Source: Leidyana gryllorum EB-2025a
Lineage: Eukaryota > Protista > Apicomplexa
Direction: 5' to 3'
Length of the DNA stretch: 12,931 nucleotides
NCBI GenBank assembly: GCA_048772705.1
Contig: JBLWGC010000153.1
Location: 1-12,931, forward strand
This document shows, one piece after another, positions 1-7,137 of the stretch (positions are counted from its first letter, which is position 1; every line of letters begins with the position of its first letter). The notes under the pieces were generated by a model. That model worked only from the letters and a program-made list of their open reading frames with translations, searched no databases and was not told the origin of the DNA. The translations under genes and the position numbers were made by a program.

Positions 1-2090
1 CCTTGATTCGTTGCTCGAAGTCTACGAACCATTGGTCGATTGAGCCTGGTCTACTCAATGACAACATAGGGAGGTCATTATACTTGACCGTAGGGAGCCT
101 CCTGGTTTCTTGGCGTTCTGTACGGTCTGGGCGTTCCGTACGAGCGAGCATAGCAACCTCTGTATGTTGCTGGAGGCGCTGAGTATACTCGCGGCGCTCT
201 GTTTCCAACCGCTCCATAACCAATTGCTGCGAGCGCACCATTTCCATCATGAGTGTCATCATGTGGCGGGCGTCAATAGGGGTTTCCGCAGGCTGTTCCG
301 TATTGCGAGGAGACGCGGTATGCGAAGTGGCTTGCTCTTGGTTGGCAGACATGTTTACTTAGTAAGTAAAGAGTAACTTCACAACGAATGCTTGAGCAGT
401 GATGGATGCTCAACAACGAATGCTTAGTGAATTGCAGTTGAATTCTTTTTATTCATACTGCTTTGTGTGCGTGTCTCTGCGAGACAGCAACATTGGCGCC
501 TCTTACGAGTGCTGCCTTTGTAGAACGTTTTAGTAAACGTAGACGACGCTTCACGTCAGCACTTGAGTCGTTTTTTCATTGGGCGAGGACTTATGTCCTT
601 ACTTACATAACACCGACACAGATGTTACCCGTATAACGACTTTACTTCATGCTGAGACGCGTAGTGCGCCGGTGGTTCCCATTAGACCACCCTTGACAGT
701 TGCTAGAGCTCGCCGGTTCCGGAGTTGGCGCTCCTTCACCGGTTTCCCACTGGTGCACCCAGGATGCCCTAGCCCTTCCAAGTTCACCTTTCTGGATGTT
801 CGGCGGCTACAGAAGCACACACCTACTTGCCGCTACGCAGGTACCGGTCGGTACACATACACTTAGAGGCCCCAGTCCGGATTCCAAGAGGAACTAGGCT
901 CCCTCTCAAGTTGAGCCAAACTAGCATACTGCGCGTTGCCAAACCCTTCGATTCCCAGCGAAGAAAAGGGGTTTGTTACAACGACTCCCCGGCTCGCCGG
1001 GTTGACTGATCGCACTGTAGGTTCTCTACAGCCAGCCTTTTAACAGATTTCGGACTTAAGTCCCCGCGATTCTGCGTACGTTCAATGTTCGCTACTAGGC
1101 CTGCCTGCCTTTCACTGAACACTCGCTGTCCTTAAAGGTACAGCTATGAGCCGAGGCTTTTAGTCCTACAGCCACATGTCGACTCCTGCTCCGGCTTATG
1201 CCCGGACGTCCCCCCTCCTTCTGGGAACTGGTGCTCCGTCACCTGACCATTTCATGTTTGAACTTAGAACAAAATGAAGGTAACTTAGCCTAAACCAGCT
1301 TTCCGAACCCCAGGGTGATGGGTTTCCGACTTAGCAGAATTCGCGATCCGCTCGCCTGGCGGTCCGCGCGACTTAGCGGATTTTTCGTTGGCCGTCCCGG
1401 CGCCTCTTCCGTGACGATCCCACGATCCTCTCCGTGTGGCTGCTTGTGTGGCGATTTCTGCACAAGATGGCGGGCCGAGGCACCACGTGTTGTAACCCCA
1501 AGTCGCTACTCAAGGGGAACGAGGCCCAGTTCTCATCTCTGCATACTTTCGACCACAAGTCAGACTTAGAACCAAGTTAGTATTTTTGCCGACAAGTCTA
1601 CCACGAATATGTCGCACACGACGGCGCAAAACAAGAACTACGACTTGTTGTACCAAGTGCAAAAGTTATCTTAGGCCGCCTCTTGCCTAGTCCAACTCTG
1701 ACTTAGCCAACTTTGCTTGCGTGTGTCTCTCGCTCTGGTGTCCCTCTCACTCCACCCATGTGCCAGTCGCTCGCACTCTTGCGGAGCCTCGCGCTGGACA
1801 CACACGGTAGTTCTCCCCGACACCACACTCTGATCATTCATGTGAGTGTCTGCACAGTTACACTGTCGCAGAGAGCTCAGACCACTAGGGTGCATTTGCC
1901 TTTACGCTTTTTAGTAGTGGTTGCTTTACGTTCGTTAATAATGCCTTTTCACCATCTTATACATGCCCCTATATAAGTGCCAAATATGTAGGGAAGTATC
2001 CAGATGGATGTTAATTCGGTTGGAAATTTCACCAAGTCGAATCTGGCCACCCGATAGGAAGTTGACCATCAGGCAAACACGAACTACAAC
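1..2090 (-). mobile_element. Probable 5' part (leader/LTR-like region plus gag start) of an LTR-type retrotransposon; right boundary uncertain
   Basis: Gag-like ORF plus tRNA-free non-coding DNA ending where the tRNA-array repeat starts (2092). TATATA at 1970-1975 and AATAAA on the minus strand at 448-453. No unambiguous LTR end or PBS found. Confidence 0.4.
2..352 (-). CDS. N-terminus of a Gag-like retroelement protein (partial, runs off left edge)
   Basis: Manual translation from ATG at 352 gives 117 codons with no stop: MSANQEQATSHTASPRNTEQPAETPIDARHMMTLMMEMVRSQQLVMERLETERREYTQRLQQHTEVAMLARTERPDRTERQETRRLPTVKYNDLPMLSLSRPGSIDQWFVDFEQRIK. A disordered N-terminus, a coiled-coil-like Q/E/R stretch and then LP-x-L...IDQWFxxFE resemble the start of Ty3/Gypsy capsid domains. 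Family call is by pattern only. Confidence 0.65.
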   Translation of the reverse strand, partial: MSANQEQATSHTASPRNTEQPAETPIDARHMMTLMMEMVRSQQLVMERLETERREYTQRLQQHTEVAMLARTERPDRTERQETRRLPTVKYNDLPMLSLSRPGSIDQWFVDFEQRIK

Positions 2091-2209
2091 AGTTACCATC
2101 TAAGCACCCCGGGGCGTGAGAGTACTTTGGGGCGGCACACCGCAGCCAAAACGACATCGGCGGTCGCAACGGAAGCCATTAACACTTTGGAACTCAGAAG
2201 GCAAGTAAT

Positions 2210-2293
2210 GCACAGATGCCCGAGTGGTCTAAGGGGCCAGACTCAAGTTCTGGTAGGCGCAAGTCTGCATGGGTTCGAATCCCATTCTGTGCA
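2210..2293 (+). tRNA. trnL: tRNA-Leu(CAA), intronless
   Basis: Acceptor GCACAGA/TCTGTGC; anticodon arm CCAGA-CT CAA GT-TCTGG; long variable arm; GGTTCGAATCC. Confidence 0.95.
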
Positions 2294-2381
2294 ACGGCGA
2301 TCATCCCAAAAAAATGCTGGAAAAGGTCACAATAGATTCGAATCTCCATTTGTATATTCGGTTGCATGCACCCAAGTAATC

Positions 2382-2451
2382 GGCTGTTGCTCTGCTGGTA
2401 TAATCCTTCCTTAGAGTGGAAGGAGTCCTGGGTTCGATTCCAGAACAGCCC
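2382..2451 (+). pseudogene. tRNA-Pro-derived pseudogene, anticodon AGA
   Basis: Pro body (GGCTGTT/AACAGCC, CTTCC/GGAAG stem) with altered D arm, 1-nt T-stem deletion, loop TT AGA GT. Confidence 0.8.
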
Positions 2452-2587
2452 TCTTGGTCGTCGGTTGACCCGACGGGACAAGTTGCCCTCACAACCAACA
2501 CAGCCACCTCGTTAGCCCACTTCGGCACTCAAGGCCATTAACATCTCAAGAATCGCATTTCGGCTCCCTCTTCCATGTTGCAGACTG

Positions 2588-2659
2588 AGCAGTGTAGCTC
2601 AGTGGAAGAGTGTTGGGCTCATAACCCAAAGGTCCGTCGATCGAAACGACGCACTGCTA
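2588..2659 (+). tRNA. trnM: Initiator tRNA-Met(CAT)
   Basis: A1-T72, three G-C pairs in the anticodon stem (TTGGG-CT CAT AA-CCCAA), T-loop ATCGAAA: eukaryotic initiator hallmarks. Confidence 0.95.
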
Positions 2660-2708
2660 AGTGTGCGCAGGAGGGAAACAGTTATAGAATTGATTGGGTC
2701 GTGAGCAA

Positions 2709-2779
2709 AGCCTTCTGCCGAAATCGAACCGGCGACCCATCGCTTACTAAGCGAATGCTCTGCCCCAAGCTAAGAAGGC
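2709..2779 (-). tRNA. trnT: tRNA-Thr(AGT), variant with 1-nt D-loop deletion
   Basis: GCCTTCT/AGAAGGC; loop TT AGT AA; lacks the A present in copy 12577; one anticodon-stem mismatch. Confidence 0.7.
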
Positions 2780-2907
2780 ACTGTTAACTGGACATCACGA
2801 ATGACTCCCTATTGACGGAAGTTACTGAAGCACGTTGTTCGACCACTCAATACTTCCACGGATCCACCCACCGGCAAATAGGGTGTAACTAAGTTTAGAG
2901 CTTCCTT

Positions 2908-2980
2908 GCCGCCCTAGCTCAGTCGGTAGAGCGCAAGACTTTTAATCTTGCAGTCGCGGGTTCGAGCCCCGCGGGCGGTG
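2908..2980 (+). tRNA. trnK: tRNA-Lys(TTT)
   Basis: GCCGCCC/GGGCGGT; TAGCTCAGTCGGTAGAGC; CAAGA-CT TTT AA-TCTTG; GGTTCGAGCCC. Confidence 0.95.
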
Positions 2981-3037
2981 CAAATCAATGTCTCTGGGAG
3001 TAGTGGAACCGTTGCCTACAAGCACACTCTGCTGGAT

Positions 3038-3110
3038 TTCCACTGCCGGGACTTGAACCCGGATCGTGCGGGTGAGAGTCGCATATTCTAGCCACTTAGA
3101 CTACAGTGGA
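3038..3110 (-). tRNA. trnE: tRNA-Glu(CTC), variant
   Basis: TCCACTG/CAGTGGA; loop CT CTC AC; two G>A changes versus copy 5853, giving an A-C mismatch in the anticodon stem. Confidence 0.8.
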
Positions 3111-3191
3111 CAACTCCCTCAGCTGCAGCTTTGGACGAAAGCCGTACCATCTTGAGATGAGATGGAGCGTCGGGTCAACCGACAAGCAACG

Positions 3192-3263
3192 GGGCTGTTC
3201 TGGGAATCGAACCCAGGACTTCTTCCACCCGAAGGAAGAATCATACCACTAGACCAAACAGCC
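3192..3263 (-). tRNA. trnP: tRNA-Pro(CGG)
   Basis: GGCTGTT/AACAGCC; CTTCC-TT CGG GT-GGAAG; GGTTCGATTCC. Confidence 0.93.
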
Positions 3264-3376
3264 GGTGCATCAGACAGTACAATTGACTTGGTATAGCGTC
3301 CAGCGTGGAGCGAGTTCGAGTCGGGCAGAAACCTCATTTCAATCATTGAAGCAGTTGCGCTCTCCCCGAATGCTAC

Positions 3377-3458
3377 CGACAAGGGTGAGATTCGAACTCA
3401 CGCGGTTGAAACCCAACGGCTTAGCAGGCCGCCGTTTTAACCGCCCGGCCACCTTGCC
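3377..3458 (-). tRNA. trnS: tRNA-Ser(GCT), weakened D stem (possible pseudogene)
   Basis: GGCAAGG/CCTTGTC; GCGGC-CT GCT AA-GCCGT; long variable arm; D arm GGCCGGGCGGTTAAAACG has lost pairing. Confidence 0.7.
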
Positions 3459-3491
3459 GAGAGTATAACTGGTTACACCTTCCCTCGGGAA

Positions 3492-3548
3492 GGAAACGAA
3501 TCGGCGACCTTTCGCTCACTGAGCGAATGCTCCCCTAAGCTAACAAGG
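3492..3548 (-). pseudogene. tRNA-Thr(AGT) remnant
   Basis: ttagcttaggggagcattcgctcagtgagcgaaaggtcgccgattcg on the minus strand; deletions, acceptor lost. Confidence 0.75.
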
Positions 3549-3625
3549 AAATGCAAGCCAAAGATCACGAATCAGTCACTATTGACGGAGGTTACTGGAG
3601 CACTTTGCTCGAATGGTCCAATGAC

Positions 3626-3698
3626 TTCCACTGCCGGGACTTCAACCCGGATCGTGCGGGTGAAAGCCGCATATCCTAGCCACTTAGACTACAGTGGA
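3626..3698 (-). tRNA. trnE: tRNA-Glu(TTC), T-loop TTG variant (B-box damaged)
   Basis: Full Glu cloverleaf, loop CT TTC AC; T-loop TTGAAGT instead of TTCAAGT. Confidence 0.75.
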
Positions 3699-3779
3699 CA
3701 ACTCCCTCAGCTGCAGCTTTAGCCGAGAGCCGTACCCTCTTGATCTGAGGTGGAGCGTCGGGTCAACCGACAACCAACG

Positions 3780-3851
3780 GGGCTGTTCTGGGAATCGAAC
3801 CCAGGACTTCTTCCACCCGAAGGAAGAATCATACCACTAGACCAAACAGCC
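3780..3851 (-). tRNA. trnP: tRNA-Pro(CGG)
   Basis: Same sequence as 3192-3263. Confidence 0.93.
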
Positions 3852-3939
3852 GACTGGTCGGTGGTGCAAATTGCTGGTAGAGTCGGGACACTGGTCATAA
3901 TATGTCAAGAACCACTAAATGCTATGGTGTCTGCAAAGC

Positions 3940-4012
3940 GGGCGACTAGCTCAAATAACATAGCACTCGCTTAACATGCGAGAGATACTGGGATCGATGC
4001 CCAGGTCGTCCA
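3940..4012 (+). pseudogene. tRNA-Ala(AGC)-derived pseudogene, anticodon AAC
   Basis: 7 differences from the intact Ala at 6825, including loss of the D-loop GG. Confidence 0.85.
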
Positions 4013-4088
4013 AGCCTCTAACGGCTGCACCCGTGGTACATGAAAACAGAGTCACGACCGAAGGGAGTTGATGCCCGATCACATCGCA

Positions 4089-4170
4089 CGACAACTGCTG
4101 GATTTGAACCAGCGCGGGCCAGGCCCAGTAGATTTCAAGTCTACCCCCTTAACCACTCGGGCAAGTTGCC
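4089..4170 (-). tRNA. trnS: tRNA-Ser(TGA)
   Basis: GGCAACT/AGTTGTC; GTAGA-CT TGA AA-TCTAC; variable arm GGGC-CTG-GCCC; GGTTCAAATCC. Confidence 0.93.
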
Positions 4171-4240
4171 AACTGTCGAATTCGACATGCCGCGAGGAGT
4201 GACCAAATACCCCCATGTTCAGCCTGTCCTGCGGCATTTA

Positions 4241-4301
4241 TAGGTGTCTAAACTCACCTCTCGCGTGCAAAGTCACCGCTCTACCACTTGAGTAGCTGCC
4301 C
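4241..4301 (-). pseudogene. tRNA-Ala(TGC)-like remnant
   Basis: gggcagctactcaagtggtagagcggtgactttgcacgcgagaggt on the minus strand; T arm lost. Confidence 0.55.
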
Positions 4302-4386
4302 ACCCGCCAAACCTAGGTGAATTTCCCACCTGAGATCGATCACAGTTTTCTGGCGCCTCATTCGTCAGTGCAACTGTTGTGACTCG

Positions 4387-4459
4387 TCCACTGTAGTCTA
4401 AGTGGCTAGGATATGCGGCTTTCACCCGCACGATCCGGATTCAAGTCCCGGCAGTGGAA
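4387..4459 (+). tRNA. trnE: tRNA-Glu(TTC), G53>A variant
   Basis: Full cloverleaf; T arm CCGGA-TTCAAGT-CCCGG. Confidence 0.78.
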
Positions 4460-4528
4460 GTCATTAGAGTACTCGATCAAAGTGCTCTTGTGTCAATAGG
4501 GACTGATGCGTGACTCCCGGCTTGTATT

Positions 4529-4597
4529 GCCTTCTTAGCTTAGGGGCAGAGCATTCGCTTAAGCAAAAGGTCGCCGGTTCGATTCCGGCAGAAGGTT
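4529..4597 (+). pseudogene. tRNA-Thr with 3-nt anticodon-loop deletion
   Basis: TTCGC-TTAA-GCAAA versus TTCGC-TTAGTAA-GCGAA in copy 12577. Confidence 0.88.
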
Positions 4598-4714
4598 TTG
4601 CTCACAAGCTTAAGCTTTTCGGGCTGGTCTCTCGGTCTCGATAACGACCTGAGGGGGTTGCAAAATTCTCAGGCCTTTTCTGCCCCCATTCGTCAGTGCA
4701 ACTTTGGTGACGTG

Positions 4715-4787
4715 TCCACTATGGTCTCGGTGGCTAGTATATGTGGCGCCAACCCGCACCATCCCGGTTCGAGTCTCGGCAGCGCAA
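4715..4787 (+). pseudogene. tRNA-Glu-derived pseudogene
   Basis: tccactatggtctcggtggctagtatatgtggcgccaacccgcaccatcccggttcgagtctcggcagcgcaa; many stem mismatches. Confidence 0.75.
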
Positions 4788-4849
4788 ATGCAGATGGGTG
4801 TGCTTGTAGTCGACCGTTCCATTCCCCTCCCCCGACACTTGCCTCCTTA

Positions 4850-4930
4850 TGTGAGAAGTGGGGTTCGAACCCAGGCGGAATTGACCAATGGATCTTAAGG
4901 CCACCCCCTTAACCTCTCGGGCATTCTCGC
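4850..4930 (-). pseudogene. tRNA-Leu(TAA), degenerate
   Basis: Loop CT TAA GA; mismatches in the acceptor and T stems versus copy 9002. Confidence 0.75.
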
Positions 4931-5020
4931 AATGCAGCGTCGAAATAAGTAGTCTGGGGTTTCTGCGGGTAGCCAGTGCCCTTTCAAGGCGGGAGAAAGA
5001 TACTCACGACCATGTGAGTG

Positions 5021-5109
5021 GGGTCTGAGAATAGCGCCTTACCCACTAGGGCATCTTGCCACATACTGGTAGGCGCAAGTCTGCATGGGTGCGGGTCCCA
5101 TTCTGCGCA
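5021..5109. pseudogene. Back-to-back tRNA-Leu half genes: 5' half (CAG-like) on minus 5021-5060, 3' half of Leu(CAA) on plus 5066-5109
   Basis: ggcaagatgccctagtgggtaaggcgc (minus) and ctggtaggcgcaagtctgcatgggt...cccattctgcgca (plus, matching the 3' half of 2210-2293). Confidence 0.7.
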
Positions 5110-5188
5110 ATGGTACTCATTTCAGGACGAATTAGCCACACTTCGAGTTTACGGCTGTACGTAGCCGGTTGTATCCCCCTTCCCATTC

Positions 5189-5260
5189 GGCTGTTTGGTC
5201 TAGTGGTATGATTCTTCCTTTGGGTGGAAGAAGTCCTGGGTTCGATTCCCAGAACAGCCC
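5189..5260 (+). tRNA. trnP: tRNA-Pro(TGG)
   Basis: Same body as Pro(CGG); loop TT TGG GT. Confidence 0.93.
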
Positions 5261-5400
5261 TCTTGGTCGTCGGTTGACCCGACGGGACAAGTTGCCCTCA
5301 GAACCAACACAGCATTTCATTAGCCCACTTTGGTAGGGCAGTCAGGGCAACCAACATCTCGAGAATTGCATTTCGGCTACTTCTTCCATGTTGCAGACTC

Positions 5401-5471
5401 AGCAGTGTAGCTCAGTGAAAAGTGTTGGGCTCGTAATCCAAAGGTCCGTCGATCGAAACGACGCACTGCTA
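5401..5471 (+). pseudogene. Initiator tRNA-Met-derived copy, anticodon CGT
   Basis: Paralog of 2588 with loop CT CGT AA, D-loop GG lost and a 1-nt deletion. Confidence 0.82.
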
Positions 5472-5520
5472 AGTTTGCGCAGAAGGGGAACAGTTATAGA
5501 ATAGATTGCCTCGCGAGCAA

Positions 5521-5591
5521 AGCCTTCTGCCCGAATCGAACCGGCCACCTTTCACTTACTAAGCGAATGCTCTGCCCCAAGCTAAGAAGGC
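5521..5591 (-). tRNA. trnT: tRNA-Thr(AGT), degenerate variant
   Basis: D-loop deletion; T stem GCCGG/CGGGC mismatch. Confidence 0.62.
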
Positions 5592-5719
5592 AATGTTAAC
5601 TGGACATCACGAATGAGTCCCTATTGACGGAAGTTACTGAAGCACATTGTTCCACCACTTAATACTTTCACTGCTCCACCCACCGGCAAATAGGGTGTAA
5701 CTAAGTTTAGAGCTTTCTT

Positions 5720-5792
5720 GCCGCCCTAGCTCAGTCGGTAGAGCGCAAGACTTTTAATCTTACAGTCGCGGGTTCGAGCCCCGCGGGCGGTG
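5720..5792 (+). tRNA. trnK: tRNA-Lys(TTT), one anticodon-stem mismatch
   Basis: As 2908 but CAAGA/TCTTA. Confidence 0.87.
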
Positions 5793-5852
5793 CAAATCAA
5801 TGTCTCTGGGAGTAGGAGTGGAACCGTTGCCTACAAGCACACTCTCCTGGAT

Positions 5853-5925
5853 TTCCACTGCCGGGACTTGAACCCGGATCGTGCGGGTGAGAGCCGCATA
5901 TCCTAGCCACTTAGACTACAGTGGA
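5853..5925 (-). tRNA. trnE: tRNA-Glu(CTC)
   Basis: Fully paired acceptor, anticodon and T stems: TGCGG-CT CTC AC-CCGCA; CCGGG-TTCAAGT-CCCGG. Confidence 0.93.
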
Positions 5926-6006
5926 CAACTTCCTCAGCTGCAGCTTTGGACGAAAGCCGTACCATCTTGAGATGAGATGGAGCGTCAGGTCAACCGACAA
6001 GCAACG

Positions 6007-6078
6007 GGGCTGTTCTGGGAATCGAACCCAGGACTTCTTCCACCCGAAGGAAGAATCATACCACTAGACCAAACAGCC
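6007..6078 (-). tRNA. trnP: tRNA-Pro(CGG)
   Basis: Same sequence as 3192-3263. Confidence 0.93.
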
Positions 6079-6211
6079 GCCTGTCGGTCGTGCAACCCGC
6101 TGAGTACAGTTGAGATAGTGGTCATACTATGTTGAGAACCAACAAATGCGATGGGGTCTGCACAACAAAATGGAAAGACTTTTGGAGTTGGAGGCCGGCG
6201 TATTTAGAGCG

Positions 6212-6283
6212 GCCGAGATAGTCTAGTGGTTAGTATTTCCGCCTGACACTCGGAAGACCCGGGTTCGATTCCCGGTCTTGGAG
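6212..6283 (+). tRNA. tRNA-Asp body with GAC (Val) anticodon; likely pseudogene
   Basis: Paralog of Asp(GTC) at 11245 with the same downstream spacer and Val neighbour; loop CT GAC AC; 1-72 and 31-39 mismatches; A and B boxes intact. Confidence 0.7.
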
Positions 6284-6338
6284 CGCAGGTGGTTTCGCTT
6301 AAGATTCTCTCCTTTGGTTCTCGCTGAAAGTTGCGAGC

Positions 6339-6411
6339 TACAGCCACCGAGGATCGAACTCGGGACCTTCTGCGTGTTAAGCAGACGTCGTGACCACTAG
6401 ACCATGGCTGC
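6339..6411 (-). tRNA. trnV: tRNA-Val(AAC)
   Basis: GCAGCCA/TGGCTGT; TCTGC-TT AAC AC-GCAGA; CCGAG-TTCGATC-CTCGG. Confidence 0.92.
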
Positions 6412-6474
6412 AGCGAAGGTCCCGCAGACCACGAGAAGTGGCGAGGCTTCACGGAAAAGTGAAGACCAGTTTCG

Positions 6475-6546
6475 AGGTCGCGCCGGGAATCGAAGCTAGG
6501 TCGGGAGATTTAGAGTCTCCAGTGCTAACCACTACACCACGTAACC
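6475..6546 (-). pseudogene. tRNA-Gln body with CTA (amber) anticodon; T stem disrupted
   Basis: Minus strand GGTTACG TG GTGT AGTGGTT AGCAC T GGAGA CT CTA AA TCTCC CGAC CTAGC TTCGATT CCCGG CGCGACC T. Confidence 0.8.
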
Positions 6547-6653
6547 GTTTCAGTCCTTCCCAAAAAAGAGTTGGTAGAGCCATCCGGACTAGCGCTCCTC
6601 AACTGGACACATGCAACACGCGTCTCTCTACTGACCTTTGAAATATTGTAATC

Positions 6654-6723
6654 GGCTCTTGTGTCTTAGTCGGCAGAGTGTGTGTTTGTAAAATACGAAC
6701 TCGGAAATCCGGGCTCAGAGGCA
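6654..6723 (+). pseudogene. Highly decayed tRNA-like remnant (possibly Thr-TGT)
   Basis: D-arm-like cttagtcggcagagtg, ttgtaa loop-like segment and cagaggca 3' end; poor folding. Confidence 0.3.
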
Positions 6724-6824
6724 ACCTTCACACATACTGCGATGCCCAGGTCTGTCCAAGGGCTACGAGGCACAATTATCTCAGCTCGGGAAATAAATAG
6801 CGGCAGGTGAAGCCGTACGAAGTT

Positions 6825-6897
6825 TGGACGACCTGGGCATCGATCCCAGTACCTCTCGCATGCTAAGCGAGCGCTCTACCATTTGAGCTAGTCGCCC
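6825..6897 (-). tRNA. trnA: tRNA-Ala(AGC)
   Basis: GGGCGAC/GTCGTCC with G3-U70; CTCGC-TT AGC AT-GCGAG; T-loop ATCGATG typical of eukaryotic Ala. Confidence 0.95.
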
Positions 6898-6984
6898 GTT
6901 GTGCAGATTCCATCGATTTTTTTGTTCTCAACATCGTATGACCACTCTCTCGACTGTACTCAGCGGGTTGCTCGACCGACAGGC

Positions 6985-7056
6985 GGCTGTTTGGTCTAGT
7001 GGTATGATTCTTCCTTCGGGTGGAAGAAGTCCTGGGTTCGATTCCCAGAACAGCCC
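6985..7056 (+). tRNA. trnP: tRNA-Pro(CGG)
   Basis: Same sequence as 3192-3263. Confidence 0.93.
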
Positions 7057-7137
7057 CGTTGCTTGTCGGTTGACCCGACCCTCCATCTCATCTCAAGATG
7101 GTACGGCTTTCGTCCAAAGCTGCAGCTGAGGGAGTTG

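Larger units (their letters stand above)
2092..3263 (+). repeat. Module A copy 1 (Leu-Pro*-iMet-Thr-Lys-Glu-Pro); inverted relative to 6985-8158
   Basis: gttaccatctaagcacc at 2092 is the reverse complement of ggtgcttagatggtaac ending 8158. Gene order and spacers are mirrored. Confidence 0.92.
4833..5260 (+). repeat. Module B copy 1 (Leu-TAA, Leu half-genes, Pro); inverted to 8681-9099
   Basis: Spacers match as reverse complements, e.g. ggcgggagaaagatact / agtatctttctcccgcc and cgtagccggttgtatcccccttcccatt / aatgggaagggggatacaaccggctacg. Confidence 0.88.
5189..6166 (+). repeat. Module A copy 2 (Pro-iMet*-Thr-Lys-Glu-Pro); direct repeat of 2382-3263, inverted to 6898-7870
   Basis: Same gene order and spacers, e.g. 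ctcttggtcgtcggttgacccgacgggacaagttgccctca and ctattgacggaagttactgaagcac. Confidence 0.92.

Noticed and set aside
488-500. CAACA-T-TGGCGCC resembling an LTR end plus PBS
   Set aside because: It lies on the plus strand, opposite to the gag-like ORF, and does not match the 3' end of any tRNA in the window.
1645-1658. Minus-strand CA-ct-TGGTACA as a tRNA-Val PBS
   Set aside because: Only 7 nt match the Val 3' end (TGGTACAGCCAC expected) and no matching LTR terminus was identified. Cannot be supported without the second LTR.
110-1976. Short ORFs listed in the left 2 kb
   Set aside because: All are under 100 aa, often with non-ATG starts and no recognisable motifs. 110-376 is antisense to the better gag-like frame.
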